Assembly: GCA_003135555.1 (NCBI GenBank)
Contig: PLCF01000030.1
Span: 1 to 39,930, forward strand
Reading direction: 5' to 3'
DNA from: Vulcanimicrobiota bacterium
GTDB lineage: Bacteria; Vulcanimicrobiota; Vulcanimicrobiia; Vulcanimicrobiales; Vulcanimicrobiaceae
DNA: 39,930 nt
Of this stretch, positions 21,710-30,890 are shown piece by piece. The notes under the pieces were generated by a model that was not told the origin of the DNA, ran no database searches, and saw only the letters and a program-made list of their open reading frames with translations. The position numbers were made by a program, and so were the translations under genes. The first letter of the stretch is position 1, and every line of letters starts with the position of its first letter.

Positions 21710-21975
21710 GCGCCGTGGGCAGCCCGTTACCTGAGCGGTGTTAGCGACTCGACGATTGCGACTGCTTCGCGATCGGTAATCGCAGTGCCGCGGAAGGAAT
21801 AGAACCGCAGCGAATTGGCGGGCCTGTTGCTCCGCTTCAATCTTTCAACTTCAAGGGGTGACCTCGATCGAACATCAGGTCGGCACGCAGTGCCCGTTCT
21901 TCCAGACGTAGCCTGTGGGACAAATCCATTCGCCTGGAGCGGACCCGGTGCGCCGGTGCCGAAATCTTCGCCGCT

Positions 21976-22488
21976 ATGAGCAGACGCCCAGTTGCTTTGG
22001 TCCTGACGGGGTTCATTGCGTTCCTCGCTGCCGGCGTTCCGGCGCAGGCCGAAAACTTCAAGACGCCGAGTCAGTGCGTGGCCGGCAAACGCGTTACCGA
22101 CATGCTCAACCGGAACGGCACGGTCATCGAACTGAACCAAACCACCATGTGCAGGGTGCGCTTCGACGATGGCAAGACGGAAAATCTGCTCTTCTGGATG
22201 CTGCATCCGGCCGGCGGCAGCCGAGAGACCAACGACAAATTGGTTCCGGGGAAATACGAATGTTTCGCCGGCGGCCGCTACACGTTCATGGATATGTACA
22301 TCACCGGCCCGCACACCTATCGGGCCGCCGGGACGAGCGGGACGTTCGTCGTCCTCCCGTCACGCCAGATCATCTTCCAAAGCGGCTCGCTGAAGCCGTA
22401 TCACGCGAAACTCTTGGCCGGGCCGACCATCGGCCTCAACCAGAACGGCTCGAGCTTTTACGCGACGACCTGCGAACTGAAGAAGTAG
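21976..22488 (+). CDS. Secreted hypothetical protein
   Basis: Signal peptide MSRRPVALVLTGFIAFLAAGVPAQA; four Cys in the mature part; coding-like codon bias. Confidence 0.8.
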   Translation: MSRRPVALVLTGFIAFLAAGVPAQAENFKTPSQCVAGKRVTDMLNRNGTVIELNQTTMCRVRFDDGKTENLLFWMLHPAGGSRETNDKLVPGKYECFAGGRYTFMDMYITGPHTYRAAGTSGTFVVLPSRQIIFQSGSLKPYHAKLLAGPTIGLNQNGSSFYATTCELKK

Positions 22489-22494
22489 GTTAAG

Positions 22495-22563
22495 ATGAGA
22501 TATATCTCCGCAGCCTTGTCAATGGTCATCCTGCTCGTCGAGGCCGGGCCGATCTCCGCTTAG
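22495..22563 (+). pseudogene. Signal-peptide-only stub of a truncated secreted-protein gene
   Basis: MRYISAALSMVILLVEAGPISA* starts 6 nt after the upstream stop and ends on the stop of the convergent protease. Confidence 0.4.
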
Positions 22564-23603
22564 ATCATTTTCGCGGGTTCATCCGGCGAATATGGGTTCA
22601 AAACCCCGACTCCGCGCCAAGCTTGCGCCAGCGCGTCGAACGTCGGCTCACCGTGTCTCGCAGCCGCGAACAGCGTCTCCGCGGCGAACGCCGCGAAGGT
22701 ACATTTCTCACTGAGCCCGGTGCACATCGCGTCGTACCAAATGCGGCCCGGCGTTTCCCAAGCGTGGCCGCCGAGCGCTTTCGCGAAGAGATAGAAGGCG
22801 TGATTGGGGATACCGCTGTTCGTGTGGACCGGGTCGCGGATCTCGTCCGTGACCAGGTCTCGCATGTGCGCCGGCTGTGTGTCGTGCAGGCCGAGCCGCT
22901 TGTCGTTGTATGCTGAGCCGGGCGCCGCTAGCGACCGTAGCGCTTTGGCGTGGATCGGCGGCCGGAAGATGCCCTTTGCCATGAGCCAATCCGCTTGGGC
23001 GGCGGTCTGGCGATGCTTCCACTGCTTCACCAGGCTGCCGAAGACGTCGGCCAGCGACTCGTTCAGGGCGCCGGCCTCGCCTTCATAGCCGAGCCGGGTC
23101 TCGTTGTAGATGATCCCGTGGGTCAGCTCGTGCGCGATGACGTCGAGGAAGCGGGTGAACGACTTGAACACGACACCGTCGCCGTCGCCGTACAGCATCT
23201 GCGCGCCGTCCCAGCGCGCGTTGTCGAACTGCACGCCGTAGTGCACCGATGAGATCACATGCCTTCCGTGACCGTCCAGCGAGTCGCGGCCGAAGACCGT
23301 TCGGTAGAACTCGTGCGTGGTTCCGGCACCGTCGTAGGCGCGGTTGACGTCGGCGTCGTCGCAGGGCGGCTGCGCTTCTCGTCGCCGGAGGGTTCCGGGC
23401 AGGCGGGTCTGATGTTCGCAGTCGTAGACGAGGCGGTGCTGGTGCGACCCGGGTGCATCGGTCCGCGCCGCCGGGTGGTACTCCAGGCGGCGCATCTCGT
23501 CGAGGGTGCGACTGATAGGTCCGCGGACGCGGCCGCTTTCGTGCGCTTGGAGCGACTCCAGTACCGACATCGGTACGATGAAGCACGCCGAAGTCGTCGT
23601 CAG
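22560..23603 (-). CDS. M4 metallopeptidase, protealysin-like
   Basis: CFIVP propeptide motif, NARWDG, HELTH, GALNES, HTNSGIPNHAFY; no signal peptide; start uncertain (CTG 23603 or ATG 23573). Confidence 0.92.
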   Translation of the reverse strand: MTTTSACFIVPMSVLESLQAHESGRVRGPISRTLDEMRRLEYHPAARTDAPGSHQHRLVYDCEHQTRLPGTLRRREAQPPCDDADVNRAYDGAGTTHEFYRTVFGRDSLDGHGRHVISSVHYGVQFDNARWDGAQMLYGDGDGVVFKSFTRFLDVIAHELTHGIIYNETRLGYEGEAGALNESLADVFGSLVKQWKHRQTAAQADWLMAKGIFRPPIHAKALRSLAAPGSAYNDKRLGLHDTQPAHMRDLVTDEIRDPVHTNSGIPNHAFYLFAKALGGHAWETPGRIWYDAMCTGLSEKCTFAAFAAETLFAAARHGEPTFDALAQAWRGVGVLNPYSPDEPAKMI

Positions 23604-24445
23604 CGGCGGGTCTCCGCGAACGGCTGTCCGGCGAGCTCGTTCGCGAGACGGCCGAAGATGTCGCCCATCGCAAGGCGTTCGGCGCTGTTGCGCGCGGTTA
23701 CCGCGCCGTTGCGCACGCTGCCGAGTTCCGCCCAGTCGATCGGCGTGACCATTTCCAGCGCGGTGGTTCCGGCCAGGGTGTACGGGAGCGCGCTGATTCG
23801 GCCGACAGCGTTCGTCGCGACGCAGATGTGAACCAGACGCCGCTCCGGCGGGTCCATCTCGGTGGTGAACAGCTCCGGCCGGCGCGCGGCGGCCGCATCG
23901 GCAACCTCGTGAAGCCATGACCGAACCGCTTCATAGGTCGGCGTGTCGCCGAACGGAATGAACAGCGCCGCGGTGATGTCGCTGCCGAGGACGGGGATGC
24001 ATTCGACGTGGCGCTCGCGCAGAACGCTCTGAACGACGAGCATGGCGGATTCGAGGTCGTCGGCCGTCGCTCCGTATTTTGCCGAGATGATCACGCGCCC
24101 GAAGCCGACGCTCTCGGGGTCGCGCGGGCTGGGAGTCCAGGAGGCAAAGCCGATGGCGTTGCGATGCACGAGCCACAGTAGCGAGTTCGGAGCGATCGCG
24201 ATGTAGCGCTTGGTGTGCCCATACTCGCCGATTTCGACGGTCGGGATCGTCTCCGGGACAGGGTGATGCAAGGACGCCGTGAACTCGGGTCGGCCGCCGG
24301 GGCCGGGATAGTACTCGATGGCTTCGATCGGCGCGAGTGGGAAGTTCGCGGCGATGAAGTCGACGGCGCGCTCGTAGTGCGCGAGCACTGCCGCGCGAAC
24401 CTCCGGCGTATACAGCGTATGGGGATGCGACTGCTTGCGTTTCAC
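23600..24445 (-). CDS. LigD polymerase (AEP primase-polymerase)-like protein, catalytic motifs eroded
   Basis: Motif order YYxx-like HYERAVDFI, LLWLV..GFASW, YEAVRSW, PELFTTE, N..GR..PYTL..VTPIDWAEL matches LigD Pol; GTG start overlaps upstream stop. Confidence 0.75.
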   Translation of the reverse strand: MKRKQSHPHTLYTPEVRAAVLAHYERAVDFIAANFPLAPIEAIEYYPGPGGRPEFTASLHHPVPETIPTVEIGEYGHTKRYIAIAPNSLLWLVHRNAIGFASWTPSPRDPESVGFGRVIISAKYGATADDLESAMLVVQSVLRERHVECIPVLGSDITAALFIPFGDTPTYEAVRSWLHEVADAAAARRPELFTTEMDPPERRLVHICVATNAVGRISALPYTLAGTTALEMVTPIDWAELGSVRNGAVTARNSAERLAMGDIFGRLANELAGQPFAETRR

Positions 24446-25518
24446 GGATGAATCACCACGATCGCGCCGCCGGGCTCGTCGAGCCAGCGCGCGGCGCGCA
24501 CCAGCGGCGACGTGAGGTGTGCGAACGCCGCGCGAACCTCCTCGCGCGCGCAAACGGCTTTGGAGCCGCGCATCTCGAGCGCTTCGTCGACCAAGGCCAT
24601 CGCGACGTCTTCGGAGATCGCGGGCGCCTCCTCGCGGTTGCCGAGCAGCGAGACTTGGCGGCGCCAGACGATCTCACGGATCAGCTGGGCCGTGACCGCG
24701 ACGCGCTTGGCGCGCCCGTGCGTGCGCTCCCAAACCAGCGCGGGCAGATGGTCTTCGGCGTAGCCCGGCGCGAACACGGCGCGCAGCTCGTCGGGATCAG
24801 CGGCGATGCGCAAGGCGGCGACCAGATCGTCGACCGACCACGCGCTCACGTGATGTAGAGCGAGCTCGCCCGTGAGCTCACTGTCCGCTTCGCTGAAGCT
24901 CGGCCCGATGATCATCGAGTAGTCGCCGTCGTAGGACTCGCGCCATTTGGCTGCCTCGGCGACATCGGGGTGGGGAACCGCTGCTCCCGAGGAGGTCTTG
25001 CACTCCAGCATCACGCGATACGCGAGCCGGCCGAGCGGCGCTTCCAGCACGCCGTCGGGAGCACCCTGGCCGCCAATGTGGCGCGAGACAAAACCGAGCG
25101 CGTCGAACGCTTCGCAGATCGCGCGCTCGAATGCGTCGGGGTCTTCGCCGTGACCGAGCCGGTGTAGGCGGTTTTCGTAGGCGTCGACGTCGTGAACCGC
25201 GCGGCGCGTCGGGAGTGGCTCGTCCGGCTCCGGCCAGTCGTCGATCGGGTGATTCGCCCGGAAACGGCGGTCGGGGTCTTGCACGATGAGTTGCGCGCGG
25301 CCCGATTCGTTGACGCGCGCCAAGTATTGTGTCAGCGAGACGTACAGGACTTGCGCGCTTGCGCCGTGCGGAAGAAGGCGCTGCGCGACGCCGGCCTCGA
25401 CGATCTCTTTGGCAGTGCGTGGCCTACCGTCCGCGAGAACGGCAAGCGCGGCACGAAGATTCACACCCCGCTGGCCGGCCTTTGCAAGCGGCTCCGGCAG
25501 AACCATCCATTGTTCCAC
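24442..25518 (-). CDS. N-terminal winged HTH (HARE-HTH-like) fused to Mrr-like PD-(D/E)XK restriction endonuclease
   Basis: VLADGRPRTAKEIVEAG..LYVSLTQY wHTH; FERAICEAFDALGF..GGQGAPDG..MLECKT nuclease core. Confidence 0.8.
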   Translation of the reverse strand: MEQWMVLPEPLAKAGQRGVNLRAALAVLADGRPRTAKEIVEAGVAQRLLPHGASAQVLYVSLTQYLARVNESGRAQLIVQDPDRRFRANHPIDDWPEPDEPLPTRRAVHDVDAYENRLHRLGHGEDPDAFERAICEAFDALGFVSRHIGGQGAPDGVLEAPLGRLAYRVMLECKTSSGAAVPHPDVAEAAKWRESYDGDYSMIIGPSFSEADSELTGELALHHVSAWSVDDLVAALRIAADPDELRAVFAPGYAEDHLPALVWERTHGRAKRVAVTAQLIREIVWRRQVSLLGNREEAPAISEDVAMALVDEALEMRGSKAVCAREEVRAAFAHLTSPLVRAARWLDEPGGAIVVIHP

Positions 25519-25613
25519 AGCAAGTTCTTACTACGCCCGGGCGTCGTAAGCCTCTGGAAACCCTCGCGCCGTGTGGTTTCAGCCGTAGGGCCAGGTCGGC
25601 GGGCGGACGACGC

Positions 25614-25660
25614 GCTGACTGTTAATCAGCGGGTCGTTGGTTCGAGTCCAACTCCGGGAG
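25614..25660 (+). pseudogene. tRNA-Asn(GTT) 3' fragment, copy 1
   Basis: GCTGA-ctGTTaa-TCAGC anticodon arm, GTTGG-ttcgagt-CCAAC T arm, TCCGGGA-G; no matching 5' acceptor strand or D arm, no CCA. Confidence 0.9.
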
Positions 25661-25667
25661 CGTGAAC

Positions 25668-25703
25668 AAAGCCCGTCGGATCGGTGATTCCGACGGGCTT
25701 TCG
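25668..25703. terminator. Hairpin terminator after tRNA fragment (possibly bidirectional)
   Basis: AAAGCCCGTCGGA-tcggtgat-TCCGACGGGCTTT. Confidence 0.8.
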
Positions 25704-25855
25704 ATTTCACTGCGCGCGGGTTGATGCACGTACGCCTTACGGCGGGCTCAGGAGCGCCGGCGGCTGATCGCCGTTAGGGCGTAACCTTGGCGCAGGTTCG
25801 GCGACTGATCCAAGGAACGTCGCTGAACCCCCCTGGGTTTGCGAGGTGGTTCTGT

Positions 25856-27031
25856 ATGAGCACTTTCGGTGCTTCGGCACACGCCGCTCGCCGGTTCGGA
25901 CCGGTGGCAGCCTTCGCGCTGCTCGCGGTCGCAAGTGCATTCCTGCCGCGCGCCGCCGACGCTCGTGACCGGCCGGGAACCCCCAGCCAAGAGCAGCTTA
26001 CGGTCTGCGGTACCCCCGCACCGTCCTATCGACCGCTGTTGTGCGGACGTTTCGACAACACCGCGAGCGAAAAGGTTCGCGTCGAAATTCAAATGACGAG
26101 AAATGGGGCCTCGTTCCCATTGGACACCTCGTCGATCACCTGTTCGAACATGCCGACATCGAGAAGCCCGAACGGCACGTACACTCCTTCGGGAGAAGAA
26201 GGCTGTTATACCCCGGCCCAGATATTGGAACGAAAAGATTATTATTATGTGTTCCGGACCGGCGCGGTCAACTTTAGCACGCAATACTGTGTCCGCTTTC
26301 GAGCACGCCGGACCTCGGACGACGTCGTGTCGGAAAACTGGTCGAATTACGCATGCGCGCAAACCCCGGCGCCGCCACCGAAGCCCGGGAAGCCCGATTT
26401 CGGCGTGACGTTCTACGGCACGCAGACGTCGGTGGCTCCAGGCACGTCCGGCCAGAAGACGGCGACGATTCCCGAGCGCTTGGACGTCGTCGTCAACCTG
26501 CCTTCCGCCGGAGCGGTTAACCAAGACGTACGCATTTTCGCGCTGGGAAACACGACCCCGCTTTCCAGCGCAACGAAATACCCGTTCCAATTCGCGCTCG
26601 CTCCAAACCTGACCGCGGTCAGCGTTCAGGTGTGCGGGTACAATTTCTCCGGTCAGACCTGCACGATCAAGCCATACACGCTCACGAGCTCAAGTCAGAT
26701 TACTCTTCCGAACGCGCGGGCGCCGGTGTCGATCGCCACGGCGGCGCCGAAGCCGATCAAGATCACCGGCCGGCCGCGAGTCGCGGACCAAGCGATGATG
26801 GTCGGTGTCGACATGCCTGGCAATGACTACCACAATCAGCCGATCAACGGAACCGCCGTCGATTGCCAGACTCTGTGCGCGCGCGATGGGAATTGCCTGT
26901 CTTGGACGTGGGTCAAGCCGGGCGTGCAGGGCGCGCAAGCGATGTGCTGGCTCAAGAACGCCGTGCCGCCGTCACGGCCGAACCCCAACACGACTTCCGG
27001 CATCAAGGCCGGCAGCACCGCGGTCCACTGA
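25856..27031 (+). CDS. Secreted protein with C-terminal PAN/apple domain
   Basis: GAGGTGG RBS and signal peptide ending ADA; DMPGNDY..CQTLC..C.SWTWVKPG..CWLK. Confidence 0.85.
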   Translation: MSTFGASAHAARRFGPVAAFALLAVASAFLPRAADARDRPGTPSQEQLTVCGTPAPSYRPLLCGRFDNTASEKVRVEIQMTRNGASFPLDTSSITCSNMPTSRSPNGTYTPSGEEGCYTPAQILERKDYYYVFRTGAVNFSTQYCVRFRARRTSDDVVSENWSNYACAQTPAPPPKPGKPDFGVTFYGTQTSVAPGTSGQKTATIPERLDVVVNLPSAGAVNQDVRIFALGNTTPLSSATKYPFQFALAPNLTAVSVQVCGYNFSGQTCTIKPYTLTSSSQITLPNARAPVSIATAAPKPIKITGRPRVADQAMMVGVDMPGNDYHNQPINGTAVDCQTLCARDGNCLSWTWVKPGVQGAQAMCWLKNAVPPSRPNPNTTSGIKAGSTAVH

Positions 27032-27123
27032 ACTTGCACCCGCCTTCGCGGGCACTTCTCGGCAAGCTCGAGGGCACGCTGAACGACGCCGGCGAGATCC
27101 TCGGGGCGATGCTCCTTCCTCAC

Positions 27124-27660
27124 CTATCTTAGGGAGACGGTCTCTCCAAGACGGCGCGAGTCATTTTGGACGCGCGAGTTGACGCGAAGCTTCCCGAATA
27201 TCGATCGAACATGCGTGCCGATGGTGTTGGGTGAAAGCACGAGCTCAGCGGCGACACCCCGATTGGTGTACCCGTCCGCTATCAGACGTGCGACGCGCTT
27301 TTCGATTTCCGTGAGGGCCTCCCAGCCTTCGCTCGGGCGCTTTCCTGAGGTGCTGAAAGCGCGCCGCCGGATGCCGAAAGACCGAAGGAGACGGTCCACC
27401 CGTTGCGTCTCTCCGATCGCGCCGACGCTGTGATAGAGGTTCCGTGCGTTGTCTAGCGCGGCGATGCCTGGACCTTGCGCCGACTCAGCCAGCAGCAAGG
27501 CGCCATAGCCGGCCTCGACGTCGGCGCGAACGAGGACTCGAGGACTCTTGCGTGCGATCTCGAGCGCGGCCTTCATGTGCACGGCATCGCCCGCCAAGAG
27601 CCCTTGCGCGTGCAGAGCTGCCGCGACGCTCGTCCGAATCGAGTCGCGCCCCGTGTCCGT
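27124..27660 (-). pseudogene. C-terminal fragment of a large LuxR (MalT/LAL-like) regulator
   Basis: GWEALTEIEKRVARLIADGYTNRGVAAELVLSPNTIGTHVRSIFGKL; no credible start, abuts the upstream gene's stop. Confidence 0.75.
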
Positions 27661-30443
27661 CAGCCGCCGCATCCGCGCTCTTCCTCTTCAGCCTTTTTCA
27701 CCGCTTCAATGGCATCTTCAAACGTTTTCCCTTCGGCAGCGCTGCTGTCTTGAGTTACGGCAATCATCGCTGCCGCAACAACTCTGCACGCCAATATCCG
27801 CCATTTTGGAACGGGTTTTACCGCGACTTCCTCGGTGACTTCCGCGTCCTCAGCCCCCTCCGGATGCCGGCCGAACGCGTTTTCGTCGCGGAGCGTGCCG
27901 CTTGCCGGATCGACGATCCAGAACGCGTAGGGCGGCCCCCCGGCTTGCGCAACCTCGGGAACCGGCTCGAGCAGCGAGGCACCCCGTGCGAGGTAGGCCG
28001 ACATCCGCGCTCGAGCTTCGTCGGGAATCGCGGCCGTTGCTTGAACCGCACCACCCGGACGAAGCGCAACCATGCGCGTCCCGAGCGCGGTCGCGACGTC
28101 GAACGCGCCGAGCGCGTCGTTTGCCGCGCCGACGCCGCTCACGGGGACGTCTCTGTTGAGCAATTCGCGCTCCGCCAGAACGGTGGACGCGGCCCACATC
28201 GGACGCGCTTCGTCGGTTGTGAGCGGGATCGCGTCGTCGCTCGCGATGTCGCTGCTGAGGCTTCCGTCGTTTGCCATCGCGATCACACTGATGCCCGGTT
28301 TTGCGGCGGCGACATCCACGCTGGTGCCTCGCGCGTCGTCCATGATCGCGCGCCGCAAGGCATAGTACGCTCCGTTCAATCGCGAAAGCGCGCTGCCGAT
28401 CGCAGGCGCCGAACTGCTGGAAGTCACGTTCGCGGGTCCACCTCCGCTGACGACGTGTCCCGCCGAGACCGCGATGTTCCACACTGTTTGCATGGAGCGG
28501 TAGGCGCCCGAGTCGGGCTGCACCGGAAGAGCCGTAGGAACGGCATGCGCAGCGCGCGCGACGTAGCCGATGCGGTCGAAAATCGCACTCTCCACATGCG
28601 TCGTCACGCCGGCTGGTGAGGCGACGCTGATCTCCATCCAAAGACCCGTTACCATCGGAAGGGTTGGCGTACGAACCGGACTCGGCGTCGGACCCGGTGT
28701 ACCTAACGCGCTCAAGACGGATCCGATGCTCCCGCTGACGGCTTTGCCGACGCTGCTGCTCACCGGCGAGGGAAGCCCAATCGGCGCGCCCGTGATCCTC
28801 TCATCGCCGACGCGCAAGAGCGGCGTAAACGTTAGCGCGCCGACCGGCGGAGACGCGGCCGCCCCCGCGCCGACCTCCGTTCCGGTTGGTTCGGCAAACA
28901 TGAAGGAAACGTCGCGATCGCCAATGTCGACGGTGCGCATCGTGCGATCGAGCACGATCGTTCGTCGCGGCGACCCGCTACGCGTGTCTTCGACTGCGAC
29001 GCGCACGCCGATCACGTCGTAGAGGTTGTCGGCGAGCGTTGCGCCTTGGCTTTCCGGCGCACAGCGCGTCTTTCCCGGGGTGCCGGGCTCGATCGTCGGA
29101 TCGAGATCGACCCAGTTTCCGCCCACTTGCGCTCGCACCCAGACGTGCTGCGCCGCGAGCGCCCGCAAAGCGTCCCGCGCCGGCAGCCCCGCAGGCAGCA
29201 CGAGCCCCGCCGTCTGCAACGAGGCGGCGAGTTTTCGGCTTTCGCTCTGCGCCTGCCCGACGATCGTTTTCCACCCTTCTGCCCAGTGTTGCACCCGCGT
29301 GCGCGTTGCCGGGTCCTTCACGCCGGCTACAGCGGTGCCGGCCTGTTGCATGAGGATCTTCGGGTGCGCTTTGCCCAGGCGGGCTTGCGCGATCAGCGCA
29401 TCGGATTCGGCTGTCGGGAGGCTGCACTGCGCGAAGACCGTCGCGATATTCGGACTCATGACTCGCAAGACGTCGTGCAGCAGTAACGCTTTGTCGATGC
29501 TATTGGCACCTCCGCTGCGCAACGCTCCGACGGATCCGCCGAGCGCGCCCGGATAGAGGTCGTCCCCAAGTGCAGCGACGGCACCCAGTGCGTGCTGCGG
29601 ATCCTTCGGGATATTCGCAAACGCCACGCTGACCTCGACCGGAACGTCGCCGCTGCCTTTCGGAACGAAGCGCGGGCCGCTTTCGGCAGCGCGTACGTCT
29701 CCCGCAACCGTTTGCCCGCCGGCGCCGGCGCCCGACGATTGCCCGCCTGCGGCGACACTCGACGATTGGACGGCTGCGGCGTTTGGCGCGTGCTCGAACG
29801 CGACAAGCGTCGGCAAGCCGGCGAGGCCCGCGGCGAACGCTCCCAACTGACTTCCCGCGAGCAGCGCTATGGCGAGAACCAGGAGAGCGACCCCTCTCGC
29901 CCCCTGCTTACGGGAGAGTTGAATGAAGCCGTACAGCAGTGAAATGACGGCCGCAAGCGGCAACAACACCTCCGCGGCCACGTAGGGGCCGCGCGTCCAG
30001 GCCAACGGCCCCGACCCAAGTGCTGCTGCAAGGCCGCCATGCTGTACGGCGGCGGCCGTCGGGATGAGGGCGTATGCCGCCAGGAGCGCGACGAGGATTC
30101 GCAGGGCCGCGTTGCGCAGCGCAAGGCACGCCGAAACGGCACCGGCGAGAATCAGCCCCGCGAACACCAGCGCCGCCGAGTCTGCGGCGTCGAGGCCCGT
30201 GAACGTGGGACCGGTACCGGCACCGACGAGCGCACCGAATGCGAAGGCTGCTGCGAGTAGGAGGACGCCGAACGAAGCCGCGATCCAGGGGCGTCGCCAG
30301 AACAGTCCGAACGCGACGACCCCGAACACCGTGCCACCGGCAACGGCCGCAAGAGCAGCCGGCGCACCGTGGATGGTGGCGACCGTCGCGTCCGCCATGA
30401 TGGCGACGAGCGCCAGGGTTACGAATCGGGCGATCCATGACAT
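27660..30443 (-). CDS. Large membrane-anchored protein with transglutaminase-like domain
   Basis: About 7 N-terminal TM helices; YPGALGG..GANSIDKALLL and HVWVRA..WVDLDPT; GGAAGG RBS. Confidence 0.75.
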   Translation of the reverse strand: MSWIARFVTLALVAIMADATVATIHGAPAALAAVAGGTVFGVVAFGLFWRRPWIAASFGVLLLAAAFAFGALVGAGTGPTFTGLDAADSAALVFAGLILAGAVSACLALRNAALRILVALLAAYALIPTAAAVQHGGLAAALGSGPLAWTRGPYVAAEVLLPLAAVISLLYGFIQLSRKQGARGVALLVLAIALLAGSQLGAFAAGLAGLPTLVAFEHAPNAAAVQSSSVAAGGQSSGAGAGGQTVAGDVRAAESGPRFVPKGSGDVPVEVSVAFANIPKDPQHALGAVAALGDDLYPGALGGSVGALRSGGANSIDKALLLHDVLRVMSPNIATVFAQCSLPTAESDALIAQARLGKAHPKILMQQAGTAVAGVKDPATRTRVQHWAEGWKTIVGQAQSESRKLAASLQTAGLVLPAGLPARDALRALAAQHVWVRAQVGGNWVDLDPTIEPGTPGKTRCAPESQGATLADNLYDVIGVRVAVEDTRSGSPRRTIVLDRTMRTVDIGDRDVSFMFAEPTGTEVGAGAAASPPVGALTFTPLLRVGDERITGAPIGLPSPVSSSVGKAVSGSIGSVLSALGTPGPTPSPVRTPTLPMVTGLWMEISVASPAGVTTHVESAIFDRIGYVARAAHAVPTALPVQPDSGAYRSMQTVWNIAVSAGHVVSGGGPANVTSSSSAPAIGSALSRLNGAYYALRRAIMDDARGTSVDVAAAKPGISVIAMANDGSLSSDIASDDAIPLTTDEARPMWAASTVLAERELLNRDVPVSGVGAANDALGAFDVATALGTRMVALRPGGAVQATAAIPDEARARMSAYLARGASLLEPVPEVAQAGGPPYAFWIVDPASGTLRDENAFGRHPEGAEDAEVTEEVAVKPVPKWRILACRVVAAAMIAVTQDSSAAEGKTFEDAIEAVKKAEEEERGCGG

Positions 30444-30890
30444 CTAGCTACCCTTCCATTTCGGACCGGCGGGCAGGTCCTCGGTACGCTCAATGAGGTT
30501 CGAACTGCTTTCGGGTTCGCAACCTCCGGCACCCATGTAAGCGGCGCCGCCGCGTTGTCGGTGTTCCTCGATCGAGATCTTACAGGAGCTACTGTTTGCG
30601 CGTCGTCGCGGGTTCTGATTCGGGCGTGGGGGGTAAGCCGCTCCTGAAAGACGATCGGTGCGCTCTGCTTCGTCTCAAGGGGCTCAAGAGTCGCGTCGTA
30701 CGCGATACAGTGCGCAATCATTGCCTTCAGCTTCGCGAGCAATGCGCCCAAACCGAACGCCGGCCGCCTCGACATACGTGGTGGCAACGGTGTCGTGCGT
30801 GTACAGGTTCGTTTAGGTCGTTGTTGTCGATTTCTCGGACGACGGTGCTCATGCCCGTGTGATAGATCGGCGATCAAGCCGATGCATCCC

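Noticed and set aside
25585..25660. Intact tRNA-Asn gene
   Set aside because: The upstream sequence (GGGCCAG..) cannot pair with the 3' acceptor strand TCCGGGA, and no D arm is present
30444..30890. ORFs 30419-30877 (-) and 30596-30862 (+)
   Set aside because: No recognisable motif or RBS; treated as intergenic or decayed sequence
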